Assembly (NCBI GenBank): GCA_000320545.1
Contig: ADNK01000906.1
Coordinates: 1 to 44,612 of the forward strand
From: Bigelowiella natans CCMP2755
Taxonomy: Eukaryota; Protista; Cercozoa
Direction of reading: 5' to 3'
DNA length: 44,612 bases
Of this stretch, positions 1 to 14,141 are shown piece by piece. The position numbers and the translations under genes are program-made. Below the pieces are notes generated by a model. It was not told where the DNA came from. It made no database searches and was given only the letters and a program-made list of their open reading frames with translations. The number at the start of each line of letters is the position of its first letter. Position 1 is the stretch's first letter.

Positions 1-209
1 GGGAGGGGGAAGCCCTTCCCAGCCAATTGGGGTAGAAATAAAGCGATTTCCATCCCTTTTTGAAAAATTTGGGCGGAAAATGGGATTTTTTGAAAACCCA
101 GCTCTCCGGGAGCAATTTATTTTAAAAAGCCAAGCTATTTTTTTTTTTTGTCCCCAAAAAAATCCGAAATTTTTTTCCCCCCCCCCCCCCCCCCCTCTCT
201 CTCTCTCCA

Positions 210-1296
210 CAGTTTCAAGCTCTTCTTTCTTAAATCCTCCCTCTTCCTCTCCATTCTTTCAAACATAAGGAGGGTTGGGCGAGAATGACAAATATCATGA
301 CCATGCTATGTTAAGCACACAACGATAAATACATTAGGGGTGTCACAGCTCCGTCTCATAAGATATGGAAGTCCGAGGTCGTTCACAGCGAAAAGGTGCG
401 TTTGCACATGCGGCGACATGCCCTGGCACGATACGATCGGCCCTGCAATAGCCACAACGGGGCGTAAGAAAATCTCCCGGAACTTTCTTACCCATTCTGC
501 ACCACCAACGAGCCGTGCTCCATCATTCCCGAATACATACATGTCGTACATATCCCCCCTCTCGCTCTGTTTCAGCATATCGATGGCGCGCTTGTGGAGG
601 CATAGGTCGCCGCCTGATTACAACTTCTATTAGGATCATTACGTGTTCGAAAAGGCGCTTCTTTACCTTCATTGTCGACTTCCTCTATGGTGAGTTGATC
701 AGGACCATGCATTGCTAAATAGCGTTCCAGTGTTGGCCTGCAGGTTAGATATATGTTGTATCTCCCTCGCATTTTTGAGAATCGTTACAGAGTAGTACAA
801 GTATTGCCTCTGCTTGATCTTATTCTATAATATATGGCGGGCATATGTAAAGAATATTTATACAAAAAAATAAAATCATGAGTAAATTTTAGTACCTGGC
901 AATGTTCGAAGCTTCTTCTCCAACGATACTAAACTTGTAGAAAACTCCCTCAATCATTGAGCGCAACACAGCCTCTAAGTTTGAGAGGTACATCTCGCGC
1001 AGTTTAATGTCCTCGTGAGCCCGATCTGGCTGCACAACGTAGTGGAAAAAGACCTTCTTCGTCTTGGGAGATTTGTCTCCATCAACTGCCTTCGCTGCTT
1101 CAAGGAAAACAAGGGGGTTCGCTTGCGTTCTATTACTGACAGCAGCCGTATATATCGAGGCAGTAGAAGGTGGTAGTAGCTCTAATATCGTCGAGTTCGC
1201 TTCTAATTTGTCACGCATGATGATATGCGAACGAGGCGTCGCAGTGGTTTCCGTTAGAATTAAGGAAACACTTATAAAAAGGTATGGAGCACACAT
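210..1296 (-). CDS. Hypothetical multi-exon protein with RgpF/glycosyltransferase-like motifs (3' end probably runs off window; start uncertain)
   Basis: ORFs 889..1374, 572..772 and 306..578 join in frame via GT-AG introns 738..895 and 614..666, giving ...KVFFHYVVQPDRAHEDIKLREMYLSNLEAVLRSMIEGVFYKFSIVGEEASNIARPTLERYLAMHGPDQLTIEEVDNEGGDLCLHKRAIDMLKQSERGDMYDMYVFGNDGARLVGGAEWVRKFREIFLRPVVAIAGPIVSCQGMSPHVQTHLFAVNDLGL. The NxGxD, YDxYVFxN and PHVQT motifs resemble RgpF-like algal/viral proteins (family call from memory). Confidence 0.55.
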
Positions 1297-2266
1297 CGTT
1301 GATTCCTGCCCCGTTCTGTTATCTATTTTTTCCAAATAGATATGGAACTCTTTTTCTATTTCTGCTTTCCTCAACGTTCATCCCCTCTCAAGGCAGCGGC
1401 TCTGTCATGGTCATCATTAACACGTCAGACTGAATTGAAGAAGCGCCACCTGTCCAGCAATGCGGGGGGCCGAATTTCAAAAAATTCGAACTCATTCAAG
1501 ATTCGCTCGATCCCTGCGACAAAGATCTTGCATGTCGCAGCATAGAAATAGATCATATTTGGAATCGGGGATTCTGTTTCAATGGGATTGTGTTATTTGT
1601 CCTGCGACAACACAAAATATCTGAGAAAGGTTTCTTGACACGCACAGCGGTAAGCGCATTGGTAAAGTAAGGAGCCCAAGATCCATGTCGCATCCGCAAA
1701 GTCGAAGACATTCACTGTGTAAGTTTCCGGAAGCCGTGAGAATACTTTGGGGAAGACCAGGGAAATCGAAAACGCCGTGCATTTTGTACTACATTTGTTG
1801 TCGCAGGACAGAATTTGTCGGCGAAGATCATCGAGCTCTGACGTAGGTGCGTGCTGACCCCCCCCGCGATCTTTTCTCTCTCCCACAAAACCAAACGGAC
1901 GAACCGCCCAGGAATTTTCTGGAAGCCACTATTGATTGGTTCAGAAGATCGTCATATTTTCGAACGATTTCTTTTTTGTAATATTGAGAGAGGGGCTGGA
2001 TTGAACAGGAAGCCTGCTCCTCCTCAGGCTTCGAGGTTTCATAACGGAGTATTCGGAGAGATATTCGAAAGCCTTTGCACCTCCATCTCATTTGGACAAT
2101 AGTTTTACTAAAATCCAAACGAAAACGTCATGACTTTCACGTGTTTGACTGGGATAATGGAGCGGAGAGAGGGTTTTTACTTATGAGGAGGCACAACACA
2201 CATATCTAAAGCACGAAGAAAACACATGAATCTTCTCATTTACCTAAACAAATAAACCACAGAATC

Positions 2267-3744
2267 ATGGACGAGGAAAATAAGATTATCGAGAAGGCGG
2301 TTGGGGAGCTGCAAGAATGCTCTGCCACGAGCAAAAAGCTGGCTATCCAGAAGAAAGACAAAACCCAACCCGACCCAGATCCTAAGGAAGTAAAAGCACT
2401 TCTGTGAATCGTTCATTTCCAATATTACTAACAAAGGAGCAGGCTATTAGGAACAATAGAGATATTATAATGGTCTTTGCTCTCGTGTTGTTCTCTGTGC
2501 AGTCGATGGCTAAATACTAATTAAACCATACTGTGTTGCTACAATCCCACGTACACCTAGATGAAGGCAGCTCAAGCTGCGGAGAAGAAAGCGAAGAAGA
2601 AGCTTGAGAAGTTGCTCAAGAAGCAGGTGAGTACTAAGAATATGGAGGAAGTAGAGTATCACACTACTAGAATGTGATGCATCCTGCACATACGCTCGCA
2701 TGCACACACACACACACACACACACAGGAAGCTGATCGTAAAGAGTTGGACGACCTGATGAAGAGGCGCTTCTTCGTCGTTCCTTCGTTTGAAATCTATG
2801 GCGGTGTGGCCGGATTCTTCGACTTCGGTCCCCCTGGTATGGCCCTGCGAACGAAATGATAACTCAATCTCCTGCACTACTAAACCTCGTCGCTTGTAAC
2901 TATTTGCTGCTCCAATAAACCCTTGTGAATGATGCTGCTACTGCTGCTACAGGCTCTGCCCTGAAAGATCAGTTTCTAGAATTCTGGAAGCGCCACTTCG
3001 TGATCTACGAGGATATGCTCGAGATCACGTCCGCCTGCGTAACCCCCCACAAGGTTTGATAATGTCACAGAGGTGGGGATGGCAGGGACGGCCCATTCCA
3101 TAATGTTTGATTCTGTTTATCTTCATGCTTCTTCTACACAGGTGCTTGAGACCTCTGGACACGTTGCGAAATTCGCGGATTATATGGTCAAGGATGTGAA
3201 GGAAGGTAACTGCTTTCGAGCCGACAAACTCCTGGAGCAGCACATCGATAAGGTATATGAATTATGATCACCGTTATGTGGTGGATAGCTTTGATGATTA
3301 TAACTACGACAATTATGATGATGGTGATGATGAAATGCTGCTGGTGATGCTTCTCTTGATACTGACACCACTGTTTCACCGCTGACGAAATGATTCTTAC
3401 CCCCCCCTTCCCCACCCCCCGTCTCCCTCCTTGTCCCCATTTAATTAAAAAGCTGATTGAGAGCGGAAAAGTCTCCAAAGAGGAACAGGAACGCTTGCTG
3501 ACGATAGCGGTCTTGACTACCACTCATTTTTCTGTGGGCCAATGCTAGAATGGGATTGAGGATAAGGGGGGGGACAAACGATGAACGATAGATATCGTAA
3601 TACGCAAGAAAATTGCTCGAGTTCATCTCTTTCGATGTTTTTGTCAGCAAAATGCAGACGCCTACTCAGCCAAGGAACTCGGAGATAAACTGAAGTAATG
3701 TGTCACGTATTTGCGCACACATACACAACACAAATTAGACGGAG

Positions 3745-3783
<39 letters not shown>

Positions 3784-5677
3784 GTCAATATTTATATTTT
3801 TAACTAACCCCCCCCCCCCTTTCTCCCCTTTGTCCCCTCTTACAACTATGCAGAGAGCTCGGAATCAAAGCACCCATTACTGGTATTTTCTTTTCTCCCC
3901 CCCCTCTGCCTTTGTAGCATGGACTATCATCTACTACCATCATCATCTTATTATATCCAGGTAACGCTTTGACGGACCCCTTCCCTTTCAACCTCATGTT
4001 CCAGACGCAAATCGGTTTGTCGTAGGATTAGCTGTTGTTCACTTGTGATGATGATGAAGAAGAAGAAGAAGATGATGATGATGATGATGAGGATGATGGA
4101 TGGGAATAATGGCGATGCGATGGTGGTGGTGGTGGTGAAGGTGAAGGTGAGTACACAACCAGAGAAGTTGGACTTTCTCCCCCCCCTGCATACATTATCT
4201 TCATCCGTTGTCATCGATCATCATCAACGCACAATAATGACAACAACTGAATACATGATCAGGACCGAGCGGCCACTCTCCTGGCTTCTTGCGCCCTGAA
4301 ACTGCTCAGTCAATCTTTGTCAACTTTAAACGACTCTTAGGTGCTGTTTGTTGCCGTACAGAAAGGGAGGGGGGGAGAAGGGAGGGAAGCAGGGAGGGGG
4401 AGCACGATGCTGGGCGACACGTGAACAAGCTGACATTTATTTACTTGGCATTTTTTTACTCTTCTATTTTTTCTCACATCCGTGAGCTCCGTCCGTCTCC
4501 ATCCTCTCATTATTAATCACCACAGAACCACCACCTCGTCCATCTCACGCGCATTTACACACGTAAAACAACAACAACAACAACAACGACAGATTACAAC
4601 CGAGAGCGGATGCCTTTTGCGGCGGCTCAGATCGGATTGGCATTCAGGAACGAGATCGCTCCGAGAGCCGGTCCGAATTGTGGCAGTAGCAGCAGTTAGT
4701 TGTTGTTCTTGTAGGAGTAGTAGTATTTTATTGTCAATTTGACGAGATAAGTATTGTTACGGGAAGCATAAATATGCATACTCACTCATATGGGGGATTT
4801 GGCATCCTTCTCCTCACCACCAATACCATCATCTTCATTCTTTTTTTGCTCCTCTTCTTCTCTTCTTCTTCTTCTTCTTCTTGTTCATATCAGGCCTGTT
4901 GCGGGTTAGAGAGTTTCTCCAAGCGGAAATCGAGCACTTCGTTGATCCCAAAGATAAAGACCACGTGCGGTTCAGTGAGATCAAGGACAACAAGGTAATA
5001 ACAAACATCAATATTATTTGTGTCTAGGCCTTCCGCCATAACCATGGAAAGCAACACCGCCACCATAACAATCAAATCATCGCATAGGCGTTCTTGTTGC
5101 CACGTGAGAAGCAAGTCGGAAAGGCGGAATGCATACACATGTCCTTTGGAGAGGCCGTGGAGAAAAAAATCATCGATAACCAGGTGCTGCTGCTGCCGCT
5201 GCGAGTTGAACAGTTGATGATAGTAGATCCTTTGAAGCAATAATCTAGAGACTAATATTCTCGGGCTTAGTTACCTCTTCCCCCTCCTCCTCTTCTTCTG
5301 CTTCTTCTTCTTCTTTTTCTTATTTATTTATTTTGTTATAATAGACGCTAGCCTACTTCCTTGCACGTTCGCAACTGTTCCTCGAGGCATGTGGTGTCAA
5401 TCCCCTGAAACTACGATTTCGGTAGAGTAGTAGAAGTAGTAGTAGGCGAACAACAATGCATATTAGACGTACTGGTACCACAAGCTTGACGTTCAAATCC
5501 ACTTTAGTGAGTGAGTATCTGCTGACGCTCATATTATTTCGCAATTAACTATCACAAATCTCAATTATCGCCACATCCCATGCACCAGAGTACTAGTACT
5601 AGTTCAGTTGTTCCGTCGTCGTCTTCGTCGTCAGAACCGCCATTCCTTGCTCGCCCCAATTAGCTTAATCATTGAGG

Positions 5678-5719
<42 letters not shown>

Positions 5720-6300
5720 CATGCACACATGCAGGCAGCACCTCTCGAACGAAATGGCGCACTACGCTGCGGACTGCTGGGATGCGGAGATCTTCCTACG
5801 AGGCTACAAGTGGGTGGAGGTTGCAGGACATGCCGACAGATCAGCTTATGACCTGAAGGTTGGTGTTGTTGTTGGTGGTGGTGGTAACGATAGGAGGAGA
5901 AACATCATGATGTAATTAATCTAATTATTAACAACATTTATTTATAATAACAATAAACTAAAATAATGAGAACAATAATAATATGATGGTGATGATGATG
6001 ATGATGATGATGATGAGATACGAAAAATAACCCTTTTGTTTGACGTGAATTCCGTTTAGGTCCATGCTAAGGCGACCAAGAATACTTTGGAGGTAAATAA
6101 ATCAAATGATGATAATTAAAAGCATTAGTCCTCGTAAATCTCACTCTGTGCTGCTGCCGCTGCTGCTGCTGCTTCTCCTTTACATGCGTCCCTCATGAAC
6201 AACCGACTACTACTACTATTTAGGCGCAGAAAGCGTTGGAAAAGCCTATCATCGAGAAGATTGTTGAGGCAGCACCCGTTATGAAGGTACTAGAAGTAGT

Positions 6301-6332
<32 letters not shown>

Positions 6333-6460
6333 ATAGTAGTGGTGGTGGTGGTGGTGGTGGTAGTAGCACATTAGCAACAATATTAAAGCAGCCTCCTAAT
6401 AATGATGATAATGATGATAACGGTTCTATATATACCGTGCAACTCTCTCTCTCTCCCGTC

Positions 6461-6497
<37 letters not shown>

Positions 6498-8051
6498 ATC
6501 TGGGAAAATATACAGGTAATGGGCAAGGCATTCAAGAGGGATGCGAAGGTGGTTAAGGAGCATCTTTCTGGCCTCGAGAAGGTAGTAGTAGTAGTAGTAA
6601 CAAATCTTATTTAACGCCATGCCCTTAGCTACAGCAGACGAGAGATTGAGTACGATTCTAAGCCTCCTGGATAGAAGATTTTCTCTAATTGTATCTTCAA
6701 CGTTTGATTTTGCATTCTTGTGAGGGGTGATACCCATGCATGTCAACGACGATTCAATGATGTCGCTGCTGCCTGCTGCTGCTGCTGCTGATGATGATGA
6801 TAATGATGATGATGATGACGATGGTGATAACACCAGGACGACGTCTTGAAGCTCGAAGAAAGCCTAAAATCTGGAGAGGCAAAGGTGCATCGTTCGCAGC
6901 TAGCACTAAAAGTAGCCAATATAGTAGACAATGGAAGAGGAGTACCCATTGATGATCACACGAACCCAGCAGCAGAAACGTACTGCGGGGTGTCATCATC
7001 ATCATCATCATCATCACCACCACCACCACCGTCGTCATCGTGAGAACTCTTTGTCTGTGAATCAGATCGTGGCTGGTGGCAAGGAGTTCACACTGCTGCC
7101 AGAACATGTGCAAATCAAGAAGTACGACAAGAAGATCTCAACGGAGAGCTTCATTCCGAACGTAATCGAGCCTTCATTCGGAGGTATATTCCGTCGTCGC
7201 AATTTGAGATCACAGCACGCTCATTGCATGCCTGCATCTATATCAGCTAGAGCCAATAAGCCGTCCACACACACACACAACGCACACATACAAACTAACT
7301 AATTAACTATCATTCACAATATCTCAGTTGGTCGTATTATCTATTCCATTCTCGACAACGCCTTTACCTACGTGGTACGCAACTCATCAGCACCAGTAGA
7401 AGCGCCAATCAGGAAGGGGGGGGGGGGGGGCGCAAGGGACAGCGTAGCCCTTTTTCTTCTGGCATGAACACTGTGTGCGAGTGTCAAAACACGGGCTCTA
7501 GATTGAAAGCGCGCTTAGTTTAATTAACTAGCTTAGCAGTGTGACAATGCTCTCCCTTCCTATGCTTATTACTTATGCTCCTTACTTACAAGGGTGAGGG
7601 GAAAGATAGGAGGACGATTCTCAAGCTTCCAGCCGTCATCGCGCCTATTAAGGTAGTAGAGAGGAAGATCGTCCGTGTGCACGCATCACTACAACACGAA
7701 TATGTTGTTTATTGCATTGATGATGGTTTGTTCGGTGGGTTGATGGTAGGCTGGTATCTTCTGCGTCGTCTCCAGCGATGAGCTCCAAGCTATAGCTGAA
7801 AGCATTAGGAAAGGTACGTGCAGTAGGAGAGCGGAGGAATAGAAAGGAGCGAAAGGGAGAGAAGGGGGGAAAGGAGGAGGGGATTTGGGCAATATGAAGA
7901 GGGTGATGTTAGTGCGCATGTCAGGAAATGTGTTTGGAGCAATATCAGCAATATCAGCGAAATATCATCATCACAACGAATGACAAACACCCACTGCAGC
8001 TACCATCGTCGCCTTGTCTTCGTCGTAACTTACTGCGTGTGCTGCTTGAAA

Positions 8052-8084
<33 letters not shown>

Positions 8085-9129
8085 CAAGGCCTCGTTGAAG
8101 AGGGCCTCATGTGCCAATTTGACAGGTGTGTTGTTGCTGCTGCTGCTGCTGCTGCTGCCAGCATACAGATGTATATGGATATGATGAAGAACGAACATAC
8201 ACACACACACACACGGAGAGAAAAAGAGGGAGAGAACGCAGAGAGATCGTCGCCTAATGTTACCTGCATGGTTCCCTCGACAGCATAGCTTAACATCCAT
8301 TGGCTACTCATTTTTCTCCTAATCAGGAGTACGACCACCATTGGAAGAAAGTATGCAAAGTCTGATGAGGTGCTCTCCTTGGCATTATTATTACACGTTG
8401 TCATGTGATGGAACGAAGGAAATCATGCAGATCCATCTAGTTATTATGAAGAAAGCAGCCATCCACACACACACACACACACACGCAAATAAACATGCCC
8501 AACGAACTGATCTCACGGCTATATGACTTTCCAGATTGGCATTCCGTATGGCATTTCCATTGACAACGACAGCAAGGTGGGAAGAGACAAATGTAGAATT
8601 TGAGTTTCATGTAGTACTCGATAAATGACGCGTTATTCTTGGGAAGTAAAAGGAGAAGAACGAGGAGGGATGTGGGGTATTTTGTGTCTGCCCTTGGAAC
8701 GTATCTTTACGTGCTGTGATGATTATTATCAATATCTCCTAGAGCGACAACAAGGTGACGATCCGCGACAGAGACTCATGGAAGCAGATTCGTGTGCCGG
8801 TAAATACAGACGCCGTTATTAATTTATTCACTATCCACATGTCGCCGTAGCATCTAGGTAGGGATGGTTATTTGCAACCTTTGTGAGGAGAATCTTGTCA
8901 CTATTTCGAATAGATGATTATTGATTAGATGTATTCTTTTCGTAGATCGAAGACGTTCCTGATATCATTCGCAACCTATGCCGATTGGTAAAAGACTTGA
9001 AATGTCATGTACTCTCGAATGTTTGGGTATGTAATAAGTTAAATCTAATCCCTCTCTTCCCCGTCTTTTTCTATACAGAAAATCTCCTTTGCGAAATGTT
9101 TGGAGAAGTACGGAGAATTTAAACAATAG
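2267..9129 (+). CDS. GARS1: Glycyl-tRNA synthetase (eukaryotic alpha2 type), 29 exons
   Basis: Hand-spliced with consistent phases: [153 protein letters not shown] 2267, TAG 9127-9129. Confidence 0.97.
5681..5712. repeat. (CA)n intronic microsatellite (representative of dozens)
   Basis: Pure CA run in a GARS intron. Confidence 0.95.
6301..6366. repeat. Compound (AGT)n(GGT)n microsatellite just after a splice donor
   Basis: Directly visible in a GARS intron. Confidence 0.95.
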
Positions 9130-9289
9130 ATAGTAAGCAAAATAAAGCGCCAGGACTAGAGTTTATTAGGACCGGCCGTATTGGAACACAGGTCTCGTGG
9201 CTAACGATTCATTCGACAGCATTCTATGTTTGGCGAATCGATATGACAAACTGTTACGCTGTAATGACTCACTGAATAATCAAGTTAAG

Positions 9290-10050
9290 CTGCTGGTAAC
9301 ACTGCAATATCGCAGCATCTAGCTAGGAGTACGTGCTGCCATAGCCGCTACTGCTGCTAGCTAGTCTGAATACATTATATTAGCGTACCTAGGTAACTAT
9401 TATTCTAGTGTTGTATGATAAGCTTCGACGCTATAATGCAGCACGCTCACCTGCTCGTAATAATCGCACCGCTTGCGCTTCAAATTTATATTTATTTTGT
9501 AATACATTTCAGCTACTATTGCGGCATGGGTGGTTGGGCGGGCTAGCGGGCTAGCTAGCTAGCGGGGCACATATGCATGCGCATATGCATGTGTGCATGT
9601 CGTCGTACGTAATGACATAGCCCATCTAGCAGCTGTGCACGCTCTATGCTCTACTCTAGTACTAGCGTTAGCAATGCATAATAGACATTGTGTATTGCAT
9701 GTCTATCATATGCTAGCTAGAATGCATGACTGACATACTAGCGCATGTAGCTCTAGAGCTAGCAGATAGATAGATCTAAGATGTAGCGCCATAGCTAGAT
9801 AGGTAGCGTGCAACGCCGGCGGCGTGTAATGTGCGCTGCGCTAAATAAGCGAGCATGCTGCTATGCTACACACACACATTTGAATGTAATGACCGACCCG
9901 ACTACATCGTCTCTACATGCTATGTAGACTTAGACACATCTAGACATGGATATTTTTTGTTGGCCTATCTAGCTATGTATCACGTAGCGCGCCCTCTAGC
10001 CCTACAACACAACTTCACATGTATGCATACTTAAGCGTAATGGACATGGA
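9290..10050. terminator. Convergent-gap domain A: CTAG/ATGCAT-rich palindromic sequence, candidate termination/boundary element
   Basis: Between the GARS stop (+) and the small membrane-protein stop (-). About 16 CTAG and only about 3 GAA/TTC in 9541-10020 by hand count. ATAGCTAGATAG at 9791 (+) and 9965-9976 (-). Function is inferred. Confidence 0.4.
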
Positions 10051-10243
10051 AATTGCTATACGTTTAACAGATTCCTTTGTCTATCACAAGCGTATTTAAT
10101 GGCATGTTCACGCTCGTTTAGTTTCCCATTTTGTTCTATTAAAATCTATACATCTTGACACATTTGGATGAGAATGTAGGAGATATTTCATTCTCAGCAG
10201 AGCATATTGTTTTTATGTCGAGCTGTCCATTCATAGTGGTCAT

Positions 10244-11480
10244 TCACTGAAGAAAATCTCTATCCTTTTTTTCATCGAATTCCCTGTCCCGCTGTGGCTT
10301 TTGTGTTGAGGGGTCCTCAATTTGGTTGTTGCTTCCCCTGAAAGAAGCAGCAGTTCGCAATCATTTGTTTCGAAACTAGCAGTAAAGAAGTGGTCTCAAA
10401 AAATGAATGACGGATGACATATTCACAGAAATCAGATCAAGAACGCTAATAATGCTGCGCAAGACGACATATGCATTCAGTCGCTCAATTCTTAATATCA
10501 TTTTGGAGTCTCAGGGGCTTACCGCATAGTCAGAAGCATTGTTATCATTAGTCCGATAAAGACGGTCGTGACAATCATGGTATTGCTCACTTCAACGTTG
10601 TTGTTCTGGGGTAGGCTGAAGGCTTCCGAGGCTGTGAATGTTCATACAAAGCAATAGTAGCGGTGATCCCTTGAGTAATCAATGATTTCTCAAAGATAAT
10701 GCGAAAAGTTTTGGAATTTTCAATCCTGAATGGGATGAGTTCAAAATTAATTCATAATACCGCTACTAAAACCACGATCTGTGAAAACGGTGTGCCCATT
10801 GTTCTGCAACGACCAAGCAATAAAGTCAGACTATTTTTGCTGAGTCATAGCACGAGGAGGAAATAATTTGGGACATGTTGCCATCTAATACCGATTCGAT
10901 CACTCCATTCACTTCTCTCATCTGCCTCTGAATGAAGGAGTACAGGCACTCGCATAGATCGTTGAAGGCCATTATTTAATTTGTAATTATAGACGAATCC
11001 GAATCCAATCTCTTTGTACTTGATTCCACTTTGTATTTACACCGTAGACTGCACCGCCTGCGATCAATCAGGGCCTAATGATGTGAAATTTGATTGATGG
11101 TAAGTCTCCCTCCTCTGTTATTAAACGAGATCTCCCAAATGAAAAATCGAGTGTAGTCTTGAGTCACGTGCAGGTCAAGTAAAGTATGTCGTATTTTTTG
11201 TGCACTCTTCGTGCACATCAACTGAATGCCATTATTACGCATGCATTGCATTTGAGAACACGTTGAACGAAGGTGTGATAGCTCAATAAGTGCCCTAAAG
11301 ATGCAAGGGGTGAGCCAGAGGTACCAGAGATGCTTCGAATTGTATTTTACGTGAGAATAACATCGAACTCACAGGAACAAGTATTCGTGGGAAAAAAGGG
11401 AAAAAAAGTATATGATGGTAAGTCGCAATAAGAAAACGTTATAGTATAGGCGACAGCTGTATCTATAATCGTCCTGAATA
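10244..11480 (-). CDS. Small hypothetical membrane protein, several exons (5' end uncertain)
   Basis: Phase-consistent exons ~11373-11473, 11168-11294, 11020-11074, 10892-10927, ~10761-10778, 10523-10631, 10244-10337 give ...ALIDRRRCSLRCKYKVESKADERSEWSDRIDRGFSSASEAFSLPQNNNVEVSNTMIVTTVFIGLMITMLLTMRGSNNQIEDP...DRDFLQ*. One clear hydrophobic helix; no recognised family. Confidence 0.5.
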
Positions 11481-12420
11481 CCTCTGAAACACAGACCCAA
11501 AGTGTGAAGCAATAAGACAGAGGAACGAGTGTTGTCCACACTATTAAAGCAAAACCCTTACAATAATTTACATTGCGACATAAAATAAATCGATAAAAAT
11601 GGGCTTAAAGGAGTCACATGGCAAAGTAAAAAATGCTTGATGATCTTCCTGCATTTGTTGTCGCAGAGCCAAAAGACATTGCGAAGTGTACCGAATTCCA
11701 GCCATTCCCTCGAATTCCCAGCCGGTTTCATGACTCATCAGCAAATTCAAAATCCGACGGATGTTGTCGTCTAGATTTCCTACAGGCAACGGCGACACAC
11801 TGCTGCTGCTCAGGCAAACGAAGAAACTCCTAAAAAAATCTCAATATATTCTCACAAAACTGCGCCAACTCCGACGAAAATCTCCGTTGACTTTGCCACT
11901 GTGCAAGATATTTCACTTTTCGGCTCAGATCGATTGTGGAAGAGCAGCCTCCTCTGTTTCGGGTCAAAAAAACACCAGAAAACATCGTAGAATCCAAGAG
12001 GTAGATAGTGCGGCTTGAGAGACTAGACCTAAGCCCAGGGGTAATGCTGTGTTGCGGAGCTTTTCCGTAGAGGGAAAGATGATTCGTTTGTCTTATTTTT
12101 TAATTTAAGTACGAATTTTCCAAGTCGTTCCGAGTAAATACCCTATATTTTGTTATCTTATAACGTTTTGTATAATTTGTCCCCCTTCCGAACCGCCCCC
12201 GCTACAATCCGAAGAGCTACTCGTAAACTTACCTCGGAACTTGGGTGAGTCCTAGACCCGGGGCATACGGACCTGGAATATATAGTAGAATAGGGGGAAA
12301 TACTTATTTTTTTTTTCGTTAAACTGGATGATATAGCCAACAAGGGCGTTGTAAATTCTTTGTCGGAAATCTGAACACATCGTTTTGATTGCAGCACTCA
12401 GAAGTGAACAATCATCCAAC

Positions 12421-13213
12421 ATGAGCGGCGAATTTAAAAACAATCCTGTCTGGGTGGGTTTGAGGCCTTTTGTCATCGGTGGATCTTCCGCCTGCGCTGC
12501 CACGTGCTGCATTCAGCCGCTCGATATGGTAGCTGCCTTTTTGTCCTCAGTTACTGGGTGTTTAGTGTATCTGTAGTGGTATTTGTACGCTACAAAAAAA
12601 AATACGTACATGTGTAATATGGGTAGCATCGATGATAGTGACGCTATTGGCTACCGCATATATGAAATGGGTCGCTTCGCACGTAGTTCTAGAGCTAGCA
12701 GGTTGAAATGATTTGGCTGTGTGTTGACGGAGGAATGCATTACTTACCGCAGAAATTACACACATCAGTAGTGCGTTGTTGACCGTAGTGATGATTCTCT
12801 TGACCGCCCTCATTGTTCCCCGTCGCCATGGCCATTATTATCCTTCCTTCCCCACACCCAAACGCTAGGTGAAAGTACGGATCCAGCTTCAAGGTGAAGG
12901 CTCTGGTGCGAAGATAAACGCAAATCCTTTCTCGGTTGCGAGCAAGATCATTGCTGAAGAAGGCGTAGGCGCGCTGTACAAAGGCCTTTCTGCTGGTATT
13001 CTTCGGCAACTGACGTACGGGATGAGCCGTCTGGGCATCTTCCAGGTGTGGAGTGATGTGTGGCAGTGAGTTTGGGCGGTATCGGATTTAACGATGAATT
13101 TGTTCACCTGCGATATGGCTTTGAATCATGATTAAATATTTAAGAAAATATTTCATGCTGGTGCTGTGTCATGGTGGTGATAACGTGCCACGATATACTA
13201 TTCTGACAACACG

Positions 13214-13251
<38 letters not shown>

Positions 13252-13762
13252 CGTTGTCGGAGAAGTTCAAACCAGAAGGAAAGACAGCGAATGAGCTGCC
13301 CTTCTTAACCAAACTGGGGTTGTTTAGTGCACACGTATACACACACCTGAGACTGGCACAGATATCTATATCTCAAAGCCCCGCTCGTATGCATCGAACA
13401 CATTTTCCGAAAATCACTATCATCACTATCACTATCATCATCATCATCATCATCATCATCTACTTCTCTTCTTTCTCTTTTTATTGTGTTGTCTGGTTGT
13501 TTCAGGTGCAGTATCTGTGCAGGAGGAACAGGGGCCCTCATCGGTACGTACGAACACCGCCGTTTTGGACGACTATTGTTCCGAAAACAACGATAGTTGC
13601 TATCGTCTATTATGCCCTGCTTTCGAGATCGGCATGTTCTTATTTCTCACCTCTACCATGGCTACCTGTAATAATAACAGGGACTCCGGCTGATGCTGCT
13701 CTTGTGCGTATGCAAGCCGATTCGACATTGCCGGTCCGCAGTAGTTGCAGCAGTTGTTATTT

Positions 13763-13794
<32 letters not shown>

Positions 13795-14105
13795 GCAGTC
13801 TCTATCATCCATATTCTATCCGAAGGGAAAGTTGTGTGTGTAAAGTAGTCAATATCGTTAGTCATACCTTTCTCTTGCTCTTCCTTTATATGAGAGATAT
13901 GTTATGCTGATCTGGCCATTTCTTTGGATTTCCTTCTTCTTCTTCTTCTTGTTCTTGTTCTTCCTGTTCAACGTACCCTCCCTCTCCCCCCCTGCCACCA
14001 ACACCACCAACACCACCAGGTGGATCAGCGACGTGGGTACAAGCATGGATTAGATGCTATGTACCGAATGGCAACGGAAGAAGGGGTCGGTAGTAGTTAG
14101 TAATT

Positions 14106-14141
<36 letters not shown>

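Noticed and set aside
1-205. Homopolymer-rich start (ORF 80..268) and poly-G end of the window
   Set aside because: Looks like low-quality read sequence next to poly-C/G runs; likely an assembly-edge artefact
1400-2240. Short ORFs between the first gene and GARS
   Set aside because: No consistent splice path or recognisable protein; likely divergent promoter/UTR
9290-10050. CRISPR array, tRNA/rRNA or intact transposon as an explanation of the palindromic gap
   Set aside because: No regularly spaced direct repeats, no cloverleaf or rRNA similarity that I can recognise, and no transposase ORF or clear terminal TIR/TSD
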